NCBI GenBank assembly: GCA_051652765.1
Contig: JBOFUV010000017.1
Coordinates: 1-49,109, forward strand
Source: Microcoleaceae cyanobacterium
GTDB lineage: Bacteria; Cyanobacteriota; Cyanobacteriia; Cyanobacteriales; Microcoleaceae
DNA length: 49,109 nucleotides
Direction of reading: 5' to 3'
Positions 40,612 through 49,109 of this stretch are shown here, in pieces (position 1 is the stretch's first letter; each line of letters begins with the position of its first letter). The notes beneath the pieces are model-generated. The model worked only from the letters and a program-made list of their open reading frames with translations. It was not told where the DNA came from and did not search any database. Both the position numbers and the translations under genes were made by a program.

Positions 40612-41193
40612 TTATCGATTAGGAATCGCTTCAAGATTATTTGTTTGAGTCAAAATAGCGTGAACGAGTCTAATTTCCGTTAAACGCTCTGATGCATAGC
40701 TTGAAGATGCCATGACAAACCAACCTAGTCTTACAGAGTAAGCGATTTGGGCGCGTACTTTGGCATCGATCTCTGAAAATCCAAGCTGTAGAAACAAATT
40801 CTGAAGATAATCTAAGCGCTGTTCATCAACGCGCGCGATCGCCACTGCCGCCCTAGCATCATTAACCGACCAAACTCGGACAGCCTTTTCCAAGAGATTA
40901 TCGTCTTCAGCAGCAATCTCCAACAAACTCAATAATTTGGCGATAGGAGAACTGTTTAAGCCTTCAATTTGCTCAATAATGCTTTTGGTATTACGAGCCT
41001 CCCACTCACGCAATATTTCTTCTAATAAGTCGTCCCGGTTTTTAAAGTGCCAATAAAAACTGCCTCTGGTAACGTTTAATAATTTGGCTAAAGGATCGAC
41101 CCGAACTGCCTCAAGCCCTTTCTCTATGAGGGTTTGAATGCCAATTGCTAGCCAGTCTTGCCGACCAAGTTTTGATGCGATCTCTTTTTCCAT
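40612..41193 (-). CDS. TetR/AcrR family regulator (cassette 6)
   Basis: HTH LAK.LNVTRGSFYWHFKNRDDLL. Confidence 0.93.
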   Translation of the reverse strand: MEKEIASKLGRQDWLAIGIQTLIEKGLEAVRVDPLAKLLNVTRGSFYWHFKNRDDLLEEILREWEARNTKSIIEQIEGLNSSPIAKLLSLLEIAAEDDNLLEKAVRVWSVNDARAAVAIARVDEQRLDYLQNLFLQLGFSEIDAKVRAQIAYSVRLGWFVMASSSYASERLTEIRLVHAILTQTNNLEAIPNR

Positions 41194-41253
41194 ACAGTGG
41201 TGTATTGACAGTTTTTAATGAGGTTGCTACTATTCTGCCATACAGTTGTGTAC
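41192..41253 (+). promoter_or_regulatory. Sigma70-type promoter flanked by two putative TetR operators
   Basis: TTGACA 41205-41210, 17 bp, TACTAT 41228-41233; palindromes ATACAgtggTGTAT 41192-41205 and ATACAgttgTGTAC 41240-41253. Confidence 0.75.
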
Positions 41254-41275
41254 GGTAAAATAGTAGAGGAACAAT

Positions 41276-41707
41276 ATGACACCCCAAACTGAACGGAATA
41301 AATCGATCGCTCTATGCTTTGCCCAGGATGGCTGGGGCACAAACCCTACTTGGAAAGAGACCTGGGACGAGTTGATGAGTACGGATGTTGTTCATCATTT
41401 CAACAGTGCAGCAGCACCAATTGTTGGGTTGGAAGCAAACAAAACGTTCAATGAGAATCTGTTTCAAGGATTTCCAGACATTCATCACACAATAGAAGAG
41501 GTCGTTGCTGAGGGGGACAAAGTTGTGTATCGCACGACAATCCAAGGAACCCACACGGGCGAGTTTTTAGGAACTCCGCCAACAGGTCAAGCAGTTAAAG
41601 TTAACGATTTCACCTTGCTGCGGATTGCTGACGGAAAGATTGTGGAGTGGTGGTATGAATGCAATTTGTTGGAAGTGATGCGGCAGCTTGGGTTGGTTGC
41701 AGCCTAG
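41276..41707 (+). CDS. SnoaL-like ester cyclase (cassette 6)
   Basis: FPD....IE..VAEGDKV, GTHTGEF.G.PPTG, DGKIVE.W; RBS GAGGA. Confidence 0.92.
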   Translation: MTPQTERNKSIALCFAQDGWGTNPTWKETWDELMSTDVVHHFNSAAAPIVGLEANKTFNENLFQGFPDIHHTIEEVVAEGDKVVYRTTIQGTHTGEFLGTPPTGQAVKVNDFTLLRIADGKIVEWWYECNLLEVMRQLGLVAA

Positions 41708-41788
41708 ATTCCGATAGTTGAGAGAGGGTTTGCCTCATCTGCGCTGGTCGTTTTGCTGAGTTAAGAAACAGTCAGCTTGCCCAAGTCA

Positions 41789-41812
41789 AGCTAACCAATC
41801 ATTGCACCCAAC
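41789..41812 (+). other. Left half of attC site 6 (truncated)
   Basis: AGCTAAC-CAATCATTGCACCCAAC matches the left arm of the other sites; AGCTAAC is complementary to cassette start GTTAGCT; the selD stop follows immediately. Confidence 0.6.
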
Positions 41813-44164
41813 CTACCGCAATGTTATCGGATTAATACTGCATCCAACTTGAATTGGGAATTTCTCTTGTAGTTTGAATTTGATGGTGCCAATGATACAA
41901 GCATCTGAATACCCTCGATATTTTAGATCTTGCAAACAAGAATTGGCTTGATTCTTGGGAACAGATGCCAACAATCCTCCAGAGGTTTGAGGGTCAAATA
42001 ACAGGGGATACAATGGATGGGAACTGGCCCAATGAAGATCTGCAATTTCGGCACAGGAACGCATATTCTCCAGATACAGCGAACTGAAAATTTTCTGTTG
42101 CAAGGTTTCTGTAGCCCCCAACAACGAGGGCAGTGCGCCCAGATCCAAGTCTACTGTCACAGGAGAAGCCCGCACCATTTCTCCTAAATGTCCCAAAAGC
42201 CCAAATCCGCTAATATCTGTGCAGGCAGTCGCTTGATAGTGACGGAAACACTCAGCAGCAGCTTGATTCGATTGCAGCATAGACTCTACTGCGGCTTCAA
42301 TCCAGCGCCCCTTGGCCTTAAGCTGCCGATCGGCTGCAAATAAAGTTCCTGTTCCCAGGGCCTTGGTCAGAATCAAGGTTTGATCGGGTTTCAACCCGCC
42401 TTTTCGCAACAGGTGATCGAGACCGGCAAGACCGTTACACGTCAGCCCCAAGGCAAATTCTTTCCCTTCCAGGGTATGGCCCCCAATCAGAACAGCCCCA
42501 GCCTCCTGCAACACTTGAGCGACTCCCAACAAGGTTTGGTAGAGGGTGTCTGACAATTTACCCGGAGTAGAATGGGGTAATGTTACAACGGCTAGGGCAC
42601 TTTGGGGTTCAGCGCCCATTGCGTATAGATCATTCAAGCAGTGATTTGCCGTAATTTTGCCACAGAGAAATGGATCATCAATCAGGGCCGGAAAGTAATC
42701 CACCGTCTGCACTAATACTTGACCCAGAGGAATGCTAACAACAGCGGCATCTTCTGCTGCTTGTAGCCCAATCACAATATCTTCTCGATCAACCTCAGGT
42801 ATTTCCTGCTGAATTCGCTGCAACACCTGTCTTAAAACCGAACTACTCACTTTTGATCCGCATCCCGCACAGTGCATTTGGGGTGAATTTGCAGGGTTGA
42901 GCTTGGATACCGCAGGTTTAACCCCTAAATTGAAGGGCTGAACTCTTCTGGGGCTTGTGCCAAGCTGGCTTTTCGCCATTAGGGTAGACAAATCAGTGAA
43001 TTGGTTCATGAATTGGCGATCAATGTAATCCTTCCAGCGCCAGAATAATTTGTGGGGGCCAAACCCAAAGGAACCCTTAGACGCAATCGCCTGTTTATCC
43101 CCCGTGCCAATCAGAATTAAAAATTCTTTCTGAGGAACAAACGGCTGTAGCGGTTGTTCCAGTAGGGCGCATCGTAAATTTTCAAACAAAGGCTTTCCCT
43201 GACGCACTGCAAACACTCCAGCCTTGGGCCGAGGATGATTGACCATGGCAGCAACATCTCCCGTCGCGAACACTTGGGGATGGGACAGGGATTGCAGAGT
43301 ATCACTCACCTGGATAAACCCCTGTTCATTCGTTGTCAATCCTGATTGGGTTAGCCAGGATGCGGCTCCAGCTTGAGTCACCCAGAATAGGCGATCGCAG
43401 GGAACGGTCAGTCCAGAAGCACATCGAACCGCAGTTAAGCCATTTGCAAGATTTTGAATCTCAACCACTGTTTCTTGCAGGTAAACTTGAACCCCTCGAT
43501 CAGATAACAGTTGCAGTACCCGCTGACTCACCCAGGAATGGCGCTCAGGTAGCAGTCGATTTCCCCTGTGAAACAGGTGAAGTTTCAAATTGTTTAAGGG
43601 CTGATGAGTAGAGTGATAAATCTGCTCCAAACACCCCTGGATTCCCAAAGCCAGTTCAACGCCTCCGGCCCCCCCTCCAACAATCGCCAAACTAATGGGG
43701 CGCTCCGGTTGACAGGCAATTTGTTCTCGAAGTTGATCCCAATACGCCAGAAACTTGGAAATTGGTTTTGCCGGAATGGCATATTCAGCCGCTCCTGGAA
43801 CCGTAAAGGTGGCCGGAGTACTACCGATATCAATTGAAAGTAAATCAAACGCAATTGGTGGATAATTGGCACAAAGCACACGCTGATTCACCAGATCCAA
43901 GCCGACTGCCTGATCAACAATCATTCGGGCTCGGGCAAACTGCGCTAAAGGCCGTAGATCAATATGACAATCATCAAATTTATACAATCCCGCCACGTAC
44001 CCCGGCAACATCCCAGAATAGGGCGTATGAGCAACATCTGTAATTAGCGTCAAACCCACTCCAGACAGAGGATTCATCCCAAACTGCTTGAGGGCGATCG
44101 CGTGACTATGACCCCCACCAATCAAAACCAGATCTTTAGCAACAGGCAGGGAATCATACATCAT
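41813..44164 (-). CDS. selD: Selenide, water dikinase fused to an N-terminal FAD-dependent oxidoreductase domain
   Basis: GGGHSH and GGGAGGVE Rossmann motifs; CAGCGSK, QTVDYF, ND.YAMG, GGHT, TDISGFGLLGH, DPQTSGGLL. Confidence 0.92.
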   Translation of the reverse strand: MMYDSLPVAKDLVLIGGGHSHAIALKQFGMNPLSGVGLTLITDVAHTPYSGMLPGYVAGLYKFDDCHIDLRPLAQFARARMIVDQAVGLDLVNQRVLCANYPPIAFDLLSIDIGSTPATFTVPGAAEYAIPAKPISKFLAYWDQLREQIACQPERPISLAIVGGGAGGVELALGIQGCLEQIYHSTHQPLNNLKLHLFHRGNRLLPERHSWVSQRVLQLLSDRGVQVYLQETVVEIQNLANGLTAVRCASGLTVPCDRLFWVTQAGAASWLTQSGLTTNEQGFIQVSDTLQSLSHPQVFATGDVAAMVNHPRPKAGVFAVRQGKPLFENLRCALLEQPLQPFVPQKEFLILIGTGDKQAIASKGSFGFGPHKLFWRWKDYIDRQFMNQFTDLSTLMAKSQLGTSPRRVQPFNLGVKPAVSKLNPANSPQMHCAGCGSKVSSSVLRQVLQRIQQEIPEVDREDIVIGLQAAEDAAVVSIPLGQVLVQTVDYFPALIDDPFLCGKITANHCLNDLYAMGAEPQSALAVVTLPHSTPGKLSDTLYQTLLGVAQVLQEAGAVLIGGHTLEGKEFALGLTCNGLAGLDHLLRKGGLKPDQTLILTKALGTGTLFAADRQLKAKGRWIEAAVESMLQSNQAAAECFRHYQATACTDISGFGLLGHLGEMVRASPVTVDLDLGALPSLLGATETLQQKIFSSLYLENMRSCAEIADLHWASSHPLYPLLFDPQTSGGLLASVPKNQANSCLQDLKYRGYSDACIIGTIKFKLQEKFPIQVGCSINPITLR

Positions 44165-44280
44165 TCGTCACTAAGTTTGTTACTGAGTTCAAAGTTTGGA
44201 TTGGCCTAGTTGAAATAAAGTTTAGATGGAAAATTAACTGACTATTCCTGACCACGCAGCCTCCAATATCCTAATTCACC

Positions 44281-45012
44281 TCAGGGTTTGTGTGCCACGA
44301 AAGCGGCCCTAGCTCCCGGCAGAACAAAATCTCCGTAGCCTTTCATCACTTCAACCTGAAAGCCGATCGGTTGCAGGAGCTGGACTAATGCTTTAGGGTC
44401 ATACAGTCGTTGCCGATGAACTTCCTCGTCCCGTTGATACCCTGCCCCACGTTGACGAAAGGTGATAATCCGCCGGGTTAAAATTTGCTGAATGGGGTCT
44501 TCAGACTTTTCCACCAGAACAGCCCAGTCCTCCCCCTCCGTAAAGGTTTTTAGACTAGATGCTGCTGTCATTTGTCCTAAGGTCAAACTGTCAAAGATGA
44601 GCACACCTCCAGGAATTAAAGCTTGGTAAACCCGGCGAAATAGCTGCTCTAGGGTTGGGGTCGCGTTAGTTGGATCAAATAAATAATTCAGGCATTCTCC
44701 AATGGACGTGACCGCACAACACGGCGGAAGTTCAGCCTGAAACAAGGAATCCACACAAAACTCGGCCTCTGGGACTCGTTGCCGAGCCAGTTCAATCATC
44801 GATTCCGAGAGATCAATCCCCAGTACCTGATACCCAGCCTGGGTAAATACTTGAGCCGATAGTCCGCTACCACATCCCAAATCGATGATTAAGCCGGTCT
44901 GAATCTTAGACTCTTGCAAAATGGCCAAAATCCCAGAAGCAGATTTAACAGCATAGTCCCCAAACCCGACATCATGAATGTAGGCCAGATCTGGCTTGTA
45001 CCAATCTTTCAT
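44281..45012 (-). CDS. Class I SAM-dependent methyltransferase
   Basis: IDLGCGSG, GIDLS..MI, L.PGG.LIFD. Confidence 0.9.
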   Translation of the reverse strand: MKDWYKPDLAYIHDVGFGDYAVKSASGILAILQESKIQTGLIIDLGCGSGLSAQVFTQAGYQVLGIDLSESMIELARQRVPEAEFCVDSLFQAELPPCCAVTSIGECLNYLFDPTNATPTLEQLFRRVYQALIPGGVLIFDSLTLGQMTAASSLKTFTEGEDWAVLVEKSEDPIQQILTRRIITFRQRGAGYQRDEEVHRQRLYDPKALVQLLQPIGFQVEVMKGYGDFVLPGARAAFVAHKP

Positions 45013-45126
45013 CTTTTTTCTTCAAAGAAGTCTTAAGTTTTTGTTACAATCATAATCGGGGTTTGTCAAACCCTGAGAGGCTAAGCTCGCCTGTCCACCT
45101 TTAAACTACAGTTAAACTGAAGCTCT

Positions 45127-46833
45127 ATGTTGCGACTCGAAAATATTAGCAAAATCTATCCGACAGGTGTCGTATTGAAAGATGTCACCTGGGAGGTTAA
45201 GCCGGGAGATCGCATTGGTTTGGTAGGGGTCAATGGGGCAGGCAAATCCACTCAGCTTAAAATAGTTGCTGGGGAAATTGAGCCTACATCAGGACAAGTA
45301 ATTCGTCCAGCTAGTTTGCAAATCGCCTATCTTACCCAGGAATTTGAAGTTAATCTTCAACGGACAGTTCGAGAAGAGTTTTGGACAGTGTTTACTGAAG
45401 CCAATCGCACTCAAGAATCCCTTGCAAAAGTTCATCGAGATATGGAGACTTCGAGCGGGGAAGAGCTTGAACACTTAATTCAAAAAATGGATCGTCTGCA
45501 GCGTCAGTTTGAAGCCCTGGATGGTTACGTTTTAGAGGCTCAAATTGAAAAAATCTTACCAGAAATGGGCTTTGAACCCGAAGATGGTGATCGCCTCGTC
45601 AGTGCCTTCAGCGGCGGTTGGCAAATGCGAATGAGTTTAGGCAAGATTCTCCTCCAAAGCCCAGATTTATTACTCTTAGATGAGCCGACCAACCATTTAG
45701 ATTTACAGACAATTGAATGGTTGGAAAATTATCTTAAGGGTTTAACAACACCGATGGTAATTGTTTCTCATGATCGGGAGTTTTTAGATCGACTTTGCAC
45801 CCAAATTGTAGAAACTGAACGGGGAGTTTCAGCCTCCTATCTGGGTAATTATTCTGCATATTTAGAACAGAAAGCAGAATCTCAAGCTGCACAGCTTAGT
45901 ACTTATGAACGTCAGCAAAAAGAGATTGAGAAACAGCAAGCGTTTGTCGAGCGATTTCGAGCCAGTGCTACCCGGAGTACCCAAGCCAAAAGCCGAGAAA
46001 AACAACTGGATAAAATTGAGCGCATTGAAGCACCCATTAGTGATCTAAGGGGACTTAAGTTTAAATTTCCACCTGCTCCTCGTAGCGGTCGTGAGATTGT
46101 GAAGATCAAGGATTTGGTTCATACCTACAATGAAAAGATTTTATTTTTAGGAGCAGAATTGCTGATCGAACGGGGCGATCGCATTGCTTTTTTAGGCCCT
46201 AACGGCTGTGGGAAATCCACCTTGCTGCGGCTGATTATGGGTCTTGAAAAGCCAACTGAAGGCACGGTGATCTTGGGCGATCATAATGTCATTCCAGGTT
46301 ACTTTGAACAAAACCAGGCAGAGGCACTGGACTTAAATAAAACAGTTATGAATACTATTCATGATGAGGTTCCAACCTGGACAAATGAAGAAGTCCGAAG
46401 TCTATTAGGGCGCTTTCTCTTTGCAGGAGAGACTGCATTTAAGAAGGTTGCAGCCTTGAGCGGGGGAGAAAAAGCACGGCTAGCCCTAGCAAAACTTTTG
46501 CTTCAACCTGTTAATTTTTTGATTCTAGATGAGCCTACTAATCACCTCGATATTCCAGCAAAAGAAATGTTGGAGGAAGCACTCCAAAATTATGATGGCA
46601 CAGTTATTGTTGTTTCCCATGACCGATATTTCATTTCTAAAGTTGCGAATAAAATTGTCGAGATTCGAGAGGGAGAATTCCACACTTATTTAGGAGATTA
46701 TCATTATTATCTCAACAAGTTGGCTGAGGAGAAAGAGTTAAAGCGACTGCAAAAGTTAGAGGCCGAAAAGGCTGCTAAGAAAACCGAGCAAACTGCCAAG
46801 AAAAAAGCAAAAACTGCTTCTAAGAAACAGTAG
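45127..46833 (+). CDS. ABC-F family ATPase
   Basis: Two Walker A motifs (GVNGAGKST, GPNGCGKST), FSGGW/LSGGE, LDEPTNHLD twice, no TM. Confidence 0.95.
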   Translation: MLRLENISKIYPTGVVLKDVTWEVKPGDRIGLVGVNGAGKSTQLKIVAGEIEPTSGQVIRPASLQIAYLTQEFEVNLQRTVREEFWTVFTEANRTQESLAKVHRDMETSSGEELEHLIQKMDRLQRQFEALDGYVLEAQIEKILPEMGFEPEDGDRLVSAFSGGWQMRMSLGKILLQSPDLLLLDEPTNHLDLQTIEWLENYLKGLTTPMVIVSHDREFLDRLCTQIVETERGVSASYLGNYSAYLEQKAESQAAQLSTYERQQKEIEKQQAFVERFRASATRSTQAKSREKQLDKIERIEAPISDLRGLKFKFPPAPRSGREIVKIKDLVHTYNEKILFLGAELLIERGDRIAFLGPNGCGKSTLLRLIMGLEKPTEGTVILGDHNVIPGYFEQNQAEALDLNKTVMNTIHDEVPTWTNEEVRSLLGRFLFAGETAFKKVAALSGGEKARLALAKLLLQPVNFLILDEPTNHLDIPAKEMLEEALQNYDGTVIVVSHDRYFISKVANKIVEIREGEFHTYLGDYHYYLNKLAEEKELKRLQKLEAEKAAKKTEQTAKKKAKTASKKQ

Positions 46834-47013
46834 TCAAAAGTAGTCGGAAACAGTTCTATGAATAAACTTCTTTTGTGGGCATCCGTGATTAGTGTTTTGC
46901 TACTCTACTGGTTAATTGTAAACCTAACCCTGTAGTGTTCCTGTGGTTTTAAGTTTAATATATAGGAAGATTCTGAACAAGTCACAGGAGTAATCTTCAA
47001 CTGATTTGTTCGC

Positions 47014-47811
47014 TTATGCTTTCCCGTATTTAATCAGGGAGTTAGTAATAATCCGTCTGACCTGAATTTCAATTAGTTTTTCAATTTCTACCGAGGAATC
47101 TACTGTCCAAGCAGCAACATCAACATGATGCTGACGACACTCTGCAATGATTTCAGGATTGTCTAGTAAAACAGTATACAAACTACTGAGGATTGAATTT
47201 CCGGCTGAGATTGCTTTCTTGAGCTGTTCTGAATAGCAAATCGGCTCAACTAGAAAGTAACCGATTGCAATTGCTGGGTAGACTTGACGCACTTGATCAA
47301 GAAAAGTCTCATCAAAAGCCGTAATCACGCACTTTTGAATCATATTTTGCTCAACTAGCATTTGAACTAATCTTTCAACTTCATCCTTTGACCAGTTGGC
47401 GTGGGGTTTAACATCAAAGTAAAGATATTTTTTAACCTGTTTAAAAATTGGCAACGCTTCTGCTAGAGTTGGGATTTGTTCCCCAGCAAAAGCAGGATTA
47501 AACCAAGCACCTGCATCACATTGCTTCAATTCTTCCAAGGTTTTTTCTCGAACAGTTCCAGAGATTCCAGTAATTCGTTCTAAGGTTTGATCATGAAAAA
47601 TAATCGGAACACTATCGGCTGAAATTTGCAAGTCGAACTCAATTGAATTGGCTCCTTGATCCAGGGCGGATTCAAAGGCAGCTAAAGTATTTTCAGGGGC
47701 GATCGCTGAGAATCCCCGATGAGCAATTATTTCTACATCAGCTTTTAGATTAACTTCTAAATTAACCTCTAAATTAACCTCTAAGTCTTCAGTCATCTGT
47801 TCTGTAATCAT
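47014..47811 (-). CDS. Glycerophosphodiester phosphodiesterase
   Basis: IAHRG....PENT, IEFD, HD.TL.R, IPTL, WTVD. Confidence 0.93.
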   Translation of the reverse strand: MITEQMTEDLEVNLEVNLEVNLKADVEIIAHRGFSAIAPENTLAAFESALDQGANSIEFDLQISADSVPIIFHDQTLERITGISGTVREKTLEELKQCDAGAWFNPAFAGEQIPTLAEALPIFKQVKKYLYFDVKPHANWSKDEVERLVQMLVEQNMIQKCVITAFDETFLDQVRQVYPAIAIGYFLVEPICYSEQLKKAISAGNSILSSLYTVLLDNPEIIAECRQHHVDVAAWTVDSSVEIEKLIEIQVRRIITNSLIKYGKA

Positions 47812-47941
47812 GGCTAGGAAGGTGTAGGTAGAAAAGTGTGGTTAAGGAGGTGTAGTTAAGGAGGTATGGTTAGGGAGATGACGATGTTGTAGCATATTCG
47901 CAAGTTGCCTGTCGTTCCCTCAACATTTTAGGAGATGCAGT

Positions 47942-48946
47942 ATGATTCAAGCCTATGCAGTCCGCACGACGGGAGGAAAACTAGAACCTTTGGAATATGA
48001 TCCAGGGGCCTTGGGAGAGAGAGAAGTAGAGCTGAATGTTGAATATTGTGGAATCTGTCATAGCGACCTGAGCATGATCAAAAATGACTGGGGCTTGAGT
48101 CAGTATCCTCTGGTTCCGGGCCATGAAGTGGTTGGAACCGTAGCCGCTTTTGGAGAACGGGTCACGACCTTAAAATTGGGCCAACGGGTTGGTTTAGGGT
48201 GGTTTTCCCATTCTTGTATGCATTGTGAGTGGTGCATGTCTGGCAGTCAGAACCTGTGTCAAATAGCGGAACAGACGATAGTCGGTCGATACGGCGGATT
48301 TGCTGACAAGGTACGAGCCCATGAAGAATGGTTAATTCCCTTGCCAGAAGCGATTGATCCCGCCAAGGCAGGCCCTTTATTCTGTGGCGGCATTACTGTC
48401 TTTAACCCAATTGTGCAGTTTGAGGTCAAACCAACGGATCGAGTGGGTGTGATTGGGATTGGGGGTCTGGGACACATGGCCTTAGGATTTCTGCGGGCTT
48501 GGGGATGTGATGTGACCGCGTTCTCCAGTAGCCCTGACAAAGAGGCGGAAGCCTTGGAACTGGGCGCAAATCACTTTGTGAACTCCCGCGATCCCGATGC
48601 TTTAGAACAAATTGCCAATTCTTTTGACTTTATTTTATCAACCGCCAATGCTGATCTGGATTGGGGAGTCTATATTAGTGCCCTCCGTCCAAAAGGACGG
48701 TTACACTTTGTCGGCGTTGTCCCTAACCCAATTCAAGCCCATGCTTTTCCCCTCATCCTGGGGCAAAAGTCTATTTCGGGGAGTCCCTTGGGTAGCCCAA
48801 CTACAACGGCTGAAATGCTGAATTTTGCTGCACGCCATGGGATTGAACCCATGACTGAAACCTTTGCCTTGAGTGAGGTGAATGAAGCGATCGCTCACCT
48901 AGAGTCCGGCAAGGCCCGATATCGGATTGTGCTGAAGCAGGGTTAA
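47942..48946 (+). CDS. Zn-dependent NAD(P) alcohol/aldehyde dehydrogenase, CAD type
   Basis: CGICHSD, GHEVVG, C..C..C.......C, PLFCGG.TV, GIGGLGH. Confidence 0.95.
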   Translation: MIQAYAVRTTGGKLEPLEYDPGALGEREVELNVEYCGICHSDLSMIKNDWGLSQYPLVPGHEVVGTVAAFGERVTTLKLGQRVGLGWFSHSCMHCEWCMSGSQNLCQIAEQTIVGRYGGFADKVRAHEEWLIPLPEAIDPAKAGPLFCGGITVFNPIVQFEVKPTDRVGVIGIGGLGHMALGFLRAWGCDVTAFSSSPDKEAEALELGANHFVNSRDPDALEQIANSFDFILSTANADLDWGVYISALRPKGRLHFVGVVPNPIQAHAFPLILGQKSISGSPLGSPTTTAEMLNFAARHGIEPMTETFALSEVNEAIAHLESGKARYRIVLKQG

Positions 48947-48997
48947 CTCTATTCAGGAAATCGGCCAGACAGAGGTTAACGTTATCCATCCATCACC

Positions 48998-49109
48998 ATG
49001 TCTACCCTAGAAAAACTCTACGAAGGCAAGGCCAAGATTGTCTACATCACAGACGATCCCGAAATTTTGCTCACCTACTACAAAGATGATGCCACAGCCT
49101 TTAACGCTC
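48998..49109 (+). CDS. purC: SAICAR synthetase, N-terminal part; runs off window
   Basis: [16 protein letters not shown]...[10 protein letters not shown]. Confidence 0.93.
   Translation, partial: MSTLEKLYEGKAKIVYITDDPEILLTYYKDDATAFNA

Larger units (their letters stand above)
34422..41812 (+). mobile_element. Chromosomal integron with truncated integrase and six gene cassettes
   Basis: intI remnant, attI-like site, five attC sites and one half-site; each cassette's first bases are complementary to its own R'' end. Confidence 0.92.

Noticed and set aside
47836..47877. Three copies of a 14-bp repeat (GTGTRGTTAAGGAG-like) between divergent genes
   Set aside because: Short local duplications are common in this window's intergenic DNA; no evidence of function

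Overview
Cyanobacterial chromosomal segment, with abundant HIP1 GCGATCGC octamers, running from the 3' end of lepA to the 5' end of purC. Most of it is ordinary housekeeping and signalling DNA: two GGDEF-EAL proteins, a glycogen debranching enzyme, a FIST protein with a histidine kinase, a Ser/Thr kinase, dapB, a 1980-aa haemagglutinin-type exoprotein, ndhN, kaiA, a selD fusion and an ABC-F ATPase. The main discovery, invisible in the ORF track, is a chromosomal integron at about 34420-41812. It has a divergent intI gene cut down to its first ~21 codons, five symmetric 25-bp repeats (four at an exact 41-bp period) ending in an attI-like site at 34728-34746, five 86-89 bp attC sites, a sixth half-site and six cassettes. 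The cassettes carry an SDR; a GNAT; a hypothetical protein; Mrr + small protein + HNH (defence candidate); GNAT + DUF4440-like + truncated PIN module; and TetR + SnoaL with its own promoter. kaiA stands here without kaiB/kaiC. All family calls come from motif recognition by eye, not database searches.
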